From Prevotella sp. (lineage in GTDB: Bacteria; Bacteroidota; Bacteroidia; Bacteroidales; Bacteroidaceae), in NCBI GenBank assembly GCA_017557405.1, contig JAFYYV010000001.1, forward strand, positions 142,079 to 206,078: 64,000 bases of DNA, read 5' to 3'. A program made the translations under genes and the position numbers. Shown in pieces: positions 18,789-26,931 of the stretch. The notes below the pieces were generated by a model. It was not told the origin of the DNA and made no database searches. It saw nothing but the letters and a program-made list of their open reading frames with translations. Position 1 is the stretch's first letter. The number at the start of each line of letters is the position of its first letter.

Positions 18789-20696
18789 ATGACATTCAAT
18801 TACGATGTGATTATAATCGGCGGCGGCCATGCTGGATGCGAGGCTGCAGCGGCATCTGCACGCATGGGAGCGAAGACATGTCTCATCACAATGGACATGA
18901 ACAAAATTGCCCAAATGTCGTGCAATCCTGCTGTTGGAGGCATCGCCAAAGGACAGATGGTGCGCGAAATCGATGCATTGGGCGGCGAAATGGGTCGCGT
19001 GACCGATGCTACTGCTATACAATTCCGTATGCTCAACCGAGGGAAAGGTCCTGCTGTGTGGAGCCCAAGAGCACAATGCGACCGCGGAAAATTCATCTGG
19101 AAATGGCGCGAGACCCTCGATGGAATCGATAATTTGTTTATTTGGCAAGATCAAGCCGATGAACTATTGGTTGAACAAGGCGAGGTGGTCGGAGTGCGCA
19201 CCATTTGGGGAGCTGAGTTTCACGCCAAAAGTGTGGTTGTGACGGCTGGCACTTTCCTCAACGGACTCCTTCATGTAGGTCGTAAAATGGTGCCAGGAGG
19301 ACGTTGTGCAGAACCCGCGGTGCCCCATTTCACCGAGAGTATCACACGACATGGTGTCCGCTCGGCTCGAATGAAAACAGGTACGCCTGTACGTATCGAC
19401 CGCAGAAGCGTTCATTTCGAGGACATGGAGATACAACCTGGCGAAGCCGACTTCCATCAATTCAGCTACTATGCACCTCATCGACAGCTGCAACAATTGC
19501 CTTGCTGGACTTGCAATACCAATGCCGAGGTTCACGAAACGCTACGTTCGGGATTGGCCGATTCGCCCTTGTATAATGGACAAATACAGAGCATCGGACC
19601 TCGTTATTGCCCTTCTATCGAGACAAAACTGGTCACTTTCCCCGACCGAGAGCAACATCCGCTATTCTTGGAACCAGAGGGCGAAAACACGAACGAGATG
19701 TACCTGAATGGTTTCTCGTCGAGTATGCCGATGGATGTGCAACTAATGGCGTTGAGAAAGATTCCTGCACTTCGCGATGTACAAATCTATCGTCCTGGCT
19801 ATGCTATTGAATACGATTTCTTCGATCCCACCCAACTCGACCATTCATTGCAATCGAAAGTGGTGCGCGGCTTGTTCATGGCTGGTCAGGTAAACGGTAC
19901 AACAGGATATGAAGAGGCTGCTGGACAAGGTTTGGTGGCAGGTGTGAATGCCGCTCTCTATAGTCAATCCATCTCTTCTGCAATAAATGACGATTCCATC
20001 GCCACGCCATCTTCGTTCACTTTGGCTCGCGATGAAGCCTATATTGGCGTATTGATTGACGACCTAGTGACAAAAGGTGTCGATGAACCCTACAGAATGT
20101 TTACGTCTCGAGCCGAATATCGCATACTGCTACGACAGGATGATGCTGATGCCCGACTTACCGAACGAGCCTATGAACTCGGATTGGTAAGTCGCGAACG
20201 ATATGATTGGTGGATGGAGAAGAAGGAAATGGTCGATAGAATCATTCATTTCTGCGAAAACACTCCCGTTAAACCAAGCGCCATCAATGGTGCTTTGGAG
20301 GCTCTTGGTACCACTCCCCTGCGGTTTGGTTGCAAGGTCGCTGACTTGATTGCCCGTCCACAACTGACCATGCAGAACTTAGCTGACATGCTCCCAAAGC
20401 TGAAAGAATTACTGAATTCACCGAAAAACCGCAAGGAAGAGATAGCAGAAGCAGCCGAAATAAAGATAAAATACAAAGGCTATATCGAACGCGAAAAAAT
20501 GGTTGCAGAGAAAATGCACCGGTTGGAGAACATCAAAATAAAAGGACGTTTCAACTATTCGGAGTTGCATGAAATCTCAACCGAAGGAAGACAGAAACTG
20601 GAAAGAATCCAACCAGAAACCTTAGCTCAAGCAAGTCGGATTCCAGGTGTTTCTCCTTCCGACATCAACGTGCTGCTCGTCTTGCTTGGTCGCTGA
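18789..20696 (+). CDS. mnmG: tRNA uridine 5-carboxymethylaminomethyl modification enzyme MnmG (GidA)
   Basis: FAD motif DVIIIGGGHAGCEAA; CNPAVGGIAKGQMVREIDALGG; full-length collinear GidA architecture. Confidence 0.97.
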   Translation: MTFNYDVIIIGGGHAGCEAAAASARMGAKTCLITMDMNKIAQMSCNPAVGGIAKGQMVREIDALGGEMGRVTDATAIQFRMLNRGKGPAVWSPRAQCDRGKFIWKWRETLDGIDNLFIWQDQADELLVEQGEVVGVRTIWGAEFHAKSVVVTAGTFLNGLLHVGRKMVPGGRCAEPAVPHFTESITRHGVRSARMKTGTPVRIDRRSVHFEDMEIQPGEADFHQFSYYAPHRQLQQLPCWTCNTNAEVHETLRSGLADSPLYNGQIQSIGPRYCPSIETKLVTFPDREQHPLFLEPEGENTNEMYLNGFSSSMPMDVQLMALRKIPALRDVQIYRPGYAIEYDFFDPTQLDHSLQSKVVRGLFMAGQVNGTTGYEEAAGQGLVAGVNAALYSQSISSAINDDSIATPSSFTLARDEAYIGVLIDDLVTKGVDEPYRMFTSRAEYRILLRQDDADARLTERAYELGLVSRERYDWWMEKKEMVDRIIHFCENTPVKPSAINGALEALGTTPLRFGCKVADLIARPQLTMQNLADMLPKLKELLNSPKNRKEEIAEAAEIKIKYKGYIEREKMVAEKMHRLENIKIKGRFNYSELHEISTEGRQKLERIQPETLAQASRIPGVSPSDINVLLVLLGR

Positions 20697-20716
20697 ACGA
20701 CCTCTAAACGCCTTCA

Positions 20717-20732
20717 TGTTTCACGTGAAACA
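20717..20732. promoter_or_regulatory. Perfect 16-bp palindrome TGTTTCACGTGAAACA
   Basis: Read directly from the sequence, 20 nt after the mnmG stop and 34 nt before the apt ATG. A one-mismatch copy lies at 21369-21384. Confidence 0.5.
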
Positions 20733-20765
20733 AATAACGAAAACATAAATTATAACTGATTGAAA

Positions 20766-21296
20766 ATGAACAACCAACTTTTACTCGACAATCTGCGTTG
20801 CATTCCAGATTGGCCCATCAAGGGCGTCAACTTCAGAGACGTCACCACCCTCTTTAAGAACAAAGAGTGTGTAAAGGAAATCGAAAAAGAGATGTACGAA
20901 ATCTACAAAGACAAAGGCATCACGAAAATCGTGGGAATCGAGTCACGTGGATTCGTCATGTCGTCGGCTCTTGCCATTCATCTTGGTGCAGGTATCGTGC
21001 TGTGTCGCAAACCAGGTAAACTGCCTTGCGAAACAGTTCAACAGAGTTATGCAAAGGAATATGGAATCGATACCATCGAAATCCACAAAGACGCCATCAA
21101 CGAAGACGACATCGTGTTGCTTCACGATGACTTGTTGGCAACAGGTGGAACGATGAAGGCCGCTTGCGACTTGGTCAAGAAATTCCACCCCAAAAAGGTT
21201 TATGCCAACTTCATCATCGAATTGGTGAACGAAGGTTTGAATGGGCGCGCTGCTTTTGATGATGACATTGAAGTGACCACACTCATTCAAATTTAA
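20766..21296 (+). CDS. apt: Adenine phosphoribosyltransferase
   Basis: PRPP-binding motif VLLHDDLLATGGT; IESRGF core. I prefer the ATG at 20766 over the tracked TTG at 20760. Confidence 0.93.
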   Translation: MNNQLLLDNLRCIPDWPIKGVNFRDVTTLFKNKECVKEIEKEMYEIYKDKGITKIVGIESRGFVMSSALAIHLGAGIVLCRKPGKLPCETVQQSYAKEYGIDTIEIHKDAINEDDIVLLHDDLLATGGTMKAACDLVKKFHPKKVYANFIIELVNEGLNGRAAFDDDIEVTTLIQI

Positions 21297-21328
21297 CACG
21301 ATTGGCAACGCTCGAAATGCCACACCAC

Positions 21329-21362
21329 AAAAGGTAGAGGAACGCGAACCCTCTACCTTTTT
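21329..21362 (+). terminator. Rho-independent terminator after apt
   Basis: AAAAGGTAGAGG, 9-nt loop, CCTCTACCTTTT, then T-run. Confidence 0.75.
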
Positions 21363-21368
21363 GCAAAA

Positions 21369-21384
21369 TGTTCCACGTGAAACA
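21369..21384. promoter_or_regulatory. Near-perfect copy of the CACGTG palindrome (TGTTCCACGTGAAACA)
   Basis: 15/16 identical to 20717-20732. The flanks are also shared (ATGTTYCACGTGAAACAAA). Lies 39 nt upstream of the uvrC ATG. Confidence 0.5.
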
Positions 21385-21422
21385 AAGCGTTGCTAAAAGG
21401 CTTATAATAAAGAGGAAAACGA

Positions 21423-23255
21423 ATGACGAAAGAGGAAAACGAGAAACGACTAACCTATCTCAAGAACATCGTAGCAAACCTTCCCGATAAACCAGGAAGC
21501 TACCAATTCTATGATGTTGACCACACTATTATTTATGTGGGAAAGGCCAAAAGTCTGAAGAATCGTGTTTCTTCTTATTTCCACAAGGAAGTCGATCGTT
21601 TCAAGACAAAAGTACTTGTTAGCAAGATCTACGACATCAGTTATACGGTAGTAAACACGGAAGAAGATGCCTTACTGCTCGAAAACAGCCTGATCAAGAA
21701 GTACAATCCGCGTTATAACGTACTTCTGAAAGATGGGAAGACCTATCCGAGCATTTGTATAACCAAAGAATACTTCCCAAGAATCTTCAAAACTCGCACG
21801 ATAAACAAGAAGACCGGAACGTATTTCGGCCCCTACTCCAATGTAGGCGCTATGTACGCCATTCTCGACTTAATCAAGAAACTATACAAGCCTCGTACTT
21901 GCCGTTTTCCTATTTCACAAGAAGGAATCGAAAAAGGTAAATACAAACCTTGTCTGGAATATCATCTCAAAAACTGTGATGCCCCATGTCTTGGAAAACA
22001 AAGCTATGAAGATTATCAGGCAAACATGCTGCAAGCACGCGAGATATTGAAGGGAAATACTCGTGAAATCAGCAAAATAGTGTATGAATTGATGCTACAA
22101 AAAGCATCAGAAATGAAGTTTGAGGAAGCAGAAATTCTGAAAAACAGGTATGTGCTGATAGAGAATTTCTGCTCGAAAAGCGAAGTTGTCAGCCATACCA
22201 TCAACGATATTGACGTGTTTACCATCGTTGATGATGACAATAAATCAAACGCTTACATCAACTATATTCACGTTGCAAACGGAACCATTACACAAAGCTT
22301 TACGTACGAATACAAGCGGAAATTGGATGAAACCGATCAAGATTTGCTAATTACAGCTATTCCAGAGATTCGTGAACGATTCAACTCGACAGCAAAAGAG
22401 ATAATAGTGCCCTTTGAAATGGAGTGGAAACTGAAAGATGCTTCGTTCTTCATTCCACAACGAGGCGATAAAAAACATCTTTTGGAATTGTCTGAGATGA
22501 ACGGAAAACAATACAAATTCGATCGTTTGAAACAATCGGAAAAGCTAAATCCTGAACAGAAACAGACTCGTTTGATGAAGGAGTTGCAGGAGAAACTTCA
22601 ACTGCCAAAGATACCCTATCAGATAGAGTGTTTTGACAATTCCAACATCTCGGGCAGCGATGCAGTAGCGGCTTGCGTGGTCTTCAAGGCGATGAAACCA
22701 TCGAAAAAAGACTATCGCAAATACAATATCAAGACAGTTGTAGGACCTGATGATTACGCATCTATGCAGGAAGTCGTGCGCCGCCGATACACTCGTATGA
22801 TGGAAGATGGAACTCCCCTACCCGACCTCATTATTACTGATGGCGGACAAGGTCAAATGTCGGTTGTACGTGAAGTGGTGGAAAACGAACTCGGCTTGCA
22901 AATCGCTATCGCTGGATTGGCAAAAAACGATCGACATCGCACCAACGAACTGCTATATGGTAATCCGCCTGTAACCATTGGAATTGATATCAAGAGCGAA
23001 CTCTTCCACATACTCACACAAATACAAGACGAAGTACACCGCTTTGCCATTACTTTCCATCGCGACAAACGATCGAAACACGCCCTGCATAGCGAACTCG
23101 ATGACATTCCAGGAATTGGGCCCAAGACTCGCGACTTGCTATTGCAAAAGCTGAAGAGTGTAAAACGAATAAAAGTCGCTGATATTCAATCACTTACGGA
23201 GATAATAGGGGCTAAGAAAGCCGAGATAGTATACAACCATTTTCACCAGATATAA
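21423..23255 (+). CDS. uvrC: Excinuclease ABC subunit C
   Basis: GIY-YIG module (GSYQFYDVDHTIIYVGKAKSLKNRVSSYF), UvrBC-interaction region, and a C-terminal RNase H-like plus HhH region. Confidence 0.96.
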   Translation: MTKEENEKRLTYLKNIVANLPDKPGSYQFYDVDHTIIYVGKAKSLKNRVSSYFHKEVDRFKTKVLVSKIYDISYTVVNTEEDALLLENSLIKKYNPRYNVLLKDGKTYPSICITKEYFPRIFKTRTINKKTGTYFGPYSNVGAMYAILDLIKKLYKPRTCRFPISQEGIEKGKYKPCLEYHLKNCDAPCLGKQSYEDYQANMLQAREILKGNTREISKIVYELMLQKASEMKFEEAEILKNRYVLIENFCSKSEVVSHTINDIDVFTIVDDDNKSNAYINYIHVANGTITQSFTYEYKRKLDETDQDLLITAIPEIRERFNSTAKEIIVPFEMEWKLKDASFFIPQRGDKKHLLELSEMNGKQYKFDRLKQSEKLNPEQKQTRLMKELQEKLQLPKIPYQIECFDNSNISGSDAVAACVVFKAMKPSKKDYRKYNIKTVVGPDDYASMQEVVRRRYTRMMEDGTPLPDLIITDGGQGQMSVVREVVENELGLQIAIAGLAKNDRHRTNELLYGNPPVTIGIDIKSELFHILTQIQDEVHRFAITFHRDKRSKHALHSELDDIPGIGPKTRDLLLQKLKSVKRIKVADIQSLTEIIGAKKAEIVYNHFHQI

Positions 23256-23310
23256 GCTCTTGCAATTGTAGAAGCCCCTTCTGAAATCATCAAACGATAT
23301 ATTTGGTAAA

Positions 23311-23373
23311 GTAAAATAGTCTATTTTAGTCAGTAAAATAGTCTATTTTGCTCGGTAAAATAATCTATTTTAC
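23311..23373 (+). repeat. Three tandem 22-bp units of a second palindromic repeat (GTAAAATAGTCTATTTTAC type)
   Basis: Units start at 23311, 23333 and 23355. Each has 7-bp arms GTAAAAT/ATTTTAC around a 5-bp core. Confidence 0.8.
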
Positions 23374-23485
23374 TTTTTCAAAGGATATATCTGACAACAT
23401 CAAAGAGATGCTATAGAAAAGAAAGAAGGATGTTCTGATATCAGTAAAAATAGCATTTTTATTTTGTTAATCCATTTTTTTACTC

Positions 23486-23493
23486 TATCTTTG
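23486..23493 (+). promoter_or_regulatory. -7 promoter box TAtcTTTG for dtd operon
   Basis: TAnnTTTG match 23 nt upstream of the ATG at 23517. Confidence 0.55.
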
Positions 23494-23516
23494 CAGAAAA
23501 CAATAGAAAGATACGA

Positions 23517-23969
23517 ATGAGAGCAGTCGTACAGCGAGTGAGCCACGCCAGCGTTACCATCGAAGGCGAAGTAAAAGCCAAGATTGGACAGGGATACCTG
23601 ATACTGTTAGGCATCTGCGATGAAGACACGATGGAAGACGTGGAATGGCTGGTGAAGAAGATTGCCAATCTGCGTGTATTCGGCGATGAAAACGATGTGA
23701 TGAATCGCAGCATTCTGGATGTAGATGGTGAAGCACTGATAGTCAGTCAGTTCACGCTCTACGCCAGCTATAAAAAAGGTAACCGCCCATCGTGGTTCCG
23801 AGCAGGTTCGCACGAGCACTCTATCCCACTCTACGAGGCTTTCTGCAAGCTATTAACTGAAGCTATCGGCAAACCTGTAGGCACAGGAGAATTCGGCGCC
23901 GACATGAAAGTAGAACTGCTCAACGATGGACCTGTTACCATTTGCATGGACACGAAGAACAAAGAATAA
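23517..23969 (+). CDS. dtd: D-aminoacyl-tRNA deacylase
   Basis: MRAVVQRV...SQFTLYA and C-terminal NDGPVT motif. Confidence 0.95.
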   Translation: MRAVVQRVSHASVTIEGEVKAKIGQGYLILLGICDEDTMEDVEWLVKKIANLRVFGDENDVMNRSILDVDGEALIVSQFTLYASYKKGNRPSWFRAGSHEHSIPLYEAFCKLLTEAIGKPVGTGEFGADMKVELLNDGPVTICMDTKNKE

Positions 23970-24203
23970 ATGATTCAGAAATTCATGCTCTATTGGGCGA
24001 TACCTGTTTCCATTGTATTAATGATTGGAGGCTTGATTGCCGATATTGAATGGATAAGCATGATCGGCTATTACCTATTCATGCTGTATGCTGTGCTGAG
24101 AGTGACCATCTGGAGGAGTAAGAGTAAATCAAAAAATGTATTCTATACATTAATCATCATCATAACATTCATGCTTCTTCTTTTTAAAACTGAAATCATA
24201 TAA
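23970..24203 (+). CDS. Small membrane protein (77 aa, about three hydrophobic helices), unknown function
   Basis: The ATG directly abuts the dtd stop codon; strongly hydrophobic segments. Confidence 0.5.
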   Translation: MIQKFMLYWAIPVSIVLMIGGLIADIEWISMIGYYLFMLYAVLRVTIWRSKSKSKNVFYTLIIIITFMLLLFKTEII

Positions 24204-24221
24204 CCATAAACAAAGAATAAC

Positions 24222-24506
24222 ATGAAAAAAAGCATCAGACCCCTATTTTACATCGGTGCCATTGCCTTCATAATTGGCTGGGCACTATGGCGTTTTGCAG
24301 ACATTTCTGCTGGCGCGATTGTCCAATATGTCGGACTCGTTCTCATGATACCATATTGGTTGGGCCAATTCTTCAAGTTGTTCAGCATCGGAAAATACCC
24401 TGCTGACCAGAAGAAAACGGTTGCAATTATTGGCATTATGAGCTTAATTGCCCTTATACTCGCCATTCTGTTCATCATCATCCTGGTTAAAGCATTGGCC
24501 GTATGA
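24222..24506 (+). CDS. Small membrane protein (94 aa, about three hydrophobic helices), unknown function
   Basis: Hydrophobic helices; the stop overlaps the next gene's start (ATGA at 24503-24506). Confidence 0.55.
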   Translation: MKKSIRPLFYIGAIAFIIGWALWRFADISAGAIVQYVGLVLMIPYWLGQFFKLFSIGKYPADQKKTVAIIGIMSLIALILAILFIIILVKALAV

Positions 24507-24829
24507 CCATCAAGGAAGCACAAGAGGCTGTTGATCAATGGATTAAGACCTATGGCGTGCGCTATTTCTCGGAACTGACCAATATGGCGGTGCTTACCGA
24601 GGAAGTGGGTGAATTGGCGCGTGTAATTGCACGAAAATACGGCGATCAGAGCTTCAAGAAGGGCGAGAAAGAAAACTTAGGAGAGGAAATGGCCGATATA
24701 CTGTGGGTTTTGCTCTGTTTGGCAAACCAGACAGGCGTGGATCTAACCACAGAATTGCGCCATTCCATCGAGAAAAAAACTCACCGCGATGCACTTCGCC
24801 ACATTGAAAATCCAAAACTGAAAGCGTGA
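24503..24829 (+). CDS. MazG-type nucleotide pyrophosphohydrolase domain protein
   Basis: EEVGELARVI...EEMADILWVLLCLAN, the EExxE/D metal-binding pattern of small MazG proteins. Confidence 0.85.
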   Translation: MTIKEAQEAVDQWIKTYGVRYFSELTNMAVLTEEVGELARVIARKYGDQSFKKGEKENLGEEMADILWVLLCLANQTGVDLTTELRHSIEKKTHRDALRHIENPKLKA

Positions 24830-24879
24830 AACACTCTCAAAAAGAATAAACCTGAACAACGAATAAAAAGATTGATATT

Positions 24880-25788
24880 ATGGCAAACGAAACATTTAAC
24901 AACATCAGCAAGATTGAAGAGGCTCTGGGCAAGTACAACCTCAACATTGACGATGCTCAAGTGAAGGAAGCTGTCAAGCGAATCATCGCTGAAAAAGTGC
25001 CGGAAAATGACACAATGGAAGTGAAGAAATTCCTCTTTGGAAGCATCGAACTCACCACTTTGAAGACCACCGACAGCGAAGAAAGCGTGTTAGCTTTTAC
25101 TGAGCGTGTGAACGACTTCGATGCACAATTTCCTGATCTGCCACACGTTGCAACCATCTGCGTTTATCCTTGCTTCGCAAAAACTGTCAGCCATTCACTC
25201 GAAGTCGATGGTGTGGAAATCGCTTGCGTGAGCGGTAGTTTCCCCTCTTCCCAAGCACTCATCGAGGTAAAAGTGGCTGAAACGGCACTTGCTGTGAAAG
25301 ACGGAGCCACCGAAATCGACATCGTAATGCCGGTTGGAAAGTTCCTCTCGGGCGACTATGAAGGCGTTGCCGACGACATTAGCGAATTGAAGAACGCATG
25401 TGGAAAGGACGTAGCTATGAAGGTGATCCTTGAAACAGGATGTCTTGGAACGGCTGCAAACATCAAAAAAGCATCGATTTTATCGATGTATGCAGGCGGC
25501 GACTACATCAAGACTTCAACAGGAAAAGAGAAGATTTCAGCCACTCCTGAAGCTGCATACGTCATGTGCCAGGCTATTCGCGAATTCTACGATGAAACCG
25601 GCATTCAGATTGGTTTCAAACCCGCTGGTGGCATCAACACCGTGATGGACGCCATTACCTATTACACCATCGTGAAAGAGGTGTTGGGCGAAAAATGGCT
25701 CACGAACAAGTGGTTCCGCATGGGTACTTCACGTCTTGCCAACTTGCTACTCTCTGAAATCGAGGGCGAAGAAATCAAGTTCTTCTGA
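24880..25788 (+). CDS. deoC: Deoxyribose-phosphate aldolase (long form)
   Basis: Schiff-base lysine context YIKTSTGKE; TIM-barrel DeoC layout. Confidence 0.85.
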   Translation: MANETFNNISKIEEALGKYNLNIDDAQVKEAVKRIIAEKVPENDTMEVKKFLFGSIELTTLKTTDSEESVLAFTERVNDFDAQFPDLPHVATICVYPCFAKTVSHSLEVDGVEIACVSGSFPSSQALIEVKVAETALAVKDGATEIDIVMPVGKFLSGDYEGVADDISELKNACGKDVAMKVILETGCLGTAANIKKASILSMYAGGDYIKTSTGKEKISATPEAAYVMCQAIREFYDETGIQIGFKPAGGINTVMDAITYYTIVKEVLGEKWLTNKWFRMGTSRLANLLLSEIEGEEIKFF

Positions 25789-25814
25789 TTCCCGATGTTT
25801 TCATCAAAACAAAA

Positions 25815-25847
25815 GCAGCGAATATGAGTTTTATTCGCTGCTTTTTT
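25815..25847. terminator. Bidirectional intrinsic terminator between convergent deoC and polyprenyl synthase genes
   Basis: GCAGCGAATA, 7-nt loop, TATTCGCTGC, flanked by AAAA and TTTTTT. Confidence 0.75.
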
Positions 25848-25865
25848 ATTATTTCATATGCTCTC

Positions 25866-26843
25866 CTATTTCTTTCGCTCGATAACGAAATCAAGATAAG
25901 CATGCAAAGCCGTTGCAACCGTCTCATCTTTCACATATTTCTCGATGAAACCAGCTGCTTCTGCATGGAACTCCCACATACGACGCTCTGCATATTCAAT
26001 ACCACCCGCATGCTTGGCAAAATCAACCAAAACAGCGATTTCATCGGGATTGATGGTACCTTGTTTCACTTTTCGTGCCAAAGTCATAAACGACTCTATC
26101 CCATTTTGTCTGAGGGCATAAATCACCGGAAGCGTCAGTTTTCCTTCAGCCATATCGTTGCCTGTAGGTTTCCCAATCTCAGACGAGTCGTAATAATCAA
26201 AGATATCATCGCGAATTTGGAAGATGGTTCCCAAATTCTGACCGAACTTCTTGGCTGCTTCAATGGCTTCATCAGAAGCTCCACTCGAAATGGCGCCAAT
26301 AGCTGCACAAGCCTCGAAGAGAGCCGCTGTCTTTTGGCGAATCACTTGATAATACACTTCCTCCGAAATCTCTTGGTTCTGTATGTTCGTCAGTTGAAGA
26401 ATCTCACCATTTGACAACGTCCTACCTAACTCTGCCAGATAGCGTATAATTTGCTCGTTGTGGGTATAGGACACCTGAAGCAAAGCGGTGGAAAGGATGA
26501 AATCACCCACCAGCACAGCCACCTTATTATCGTATGTCGCATTGACAGAAGCCTGTCCACGACGTTCACTGCTCTCGTCAACAACATCATCGTGAACGAG
26601 AGAAGCTGTGTGAAGCAATTCCAAACCTACAGCAGCATGCTGGGTAACCTCGCTGATTTGCCCGAAGTTCTTGGCTATCAAGAGGATAAGCATGGGTCGC
26701 ATTCGTTTTCCTGCACGCTGACGAATGTGAGCGAGTGCCTGTCCAAGCATGTTGTCTTCGTGAGTCAGCGACCTGTTGAACAAGTCGACGAAATCTTCAA
26801 ATTCGCTGTTGATAGGTTGCTTGATGAGCGATATATAGTCCAT
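25866..26843 (-). CDS. Polyprenyl diphosphate synthase (IspB/octaprenyl-type)
   Basis: Two aspartate-rich motifs, LVHDDVVDES and FQIRDDIFDY. Confidence 0.9.
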   Translation of the reverse strand: MDYISLIKQPINSEFEDFVDLFNRSLTHEDNMLGQALAHIRQRAGKRMRPMLILLIAKNFGQISEVTQHAAVGLELLHTASLVHDDVVDESSERRGQASVNATYDNKVAVLVGDFILSTALLQVSYTHNEQIIRYLAELGRTLSNGEILQLTNIQNQEISEEVYYQVIRQKTAALFEACAAIGAISSGASDEAIEAAKKFGQNLGTIFQIRDDIFDYYDSSEIGKPTGNDMAEGKLTLPVIYALRQNGIESFMTLARKVKQGTINPDEIAVLVDFAKHAGGIEYAERRMWEFHAEAAGFIEKYVKDETVATALHAYLDFVIERKK

Positions 26844-26931
26844 ATGCTTCAGAATTTTGTTACAAAATTACGTATTTTATCGGGATAAATGCAAAATATT
26901 TTGTAATTTTACGCATTAAATCACGTAAATT

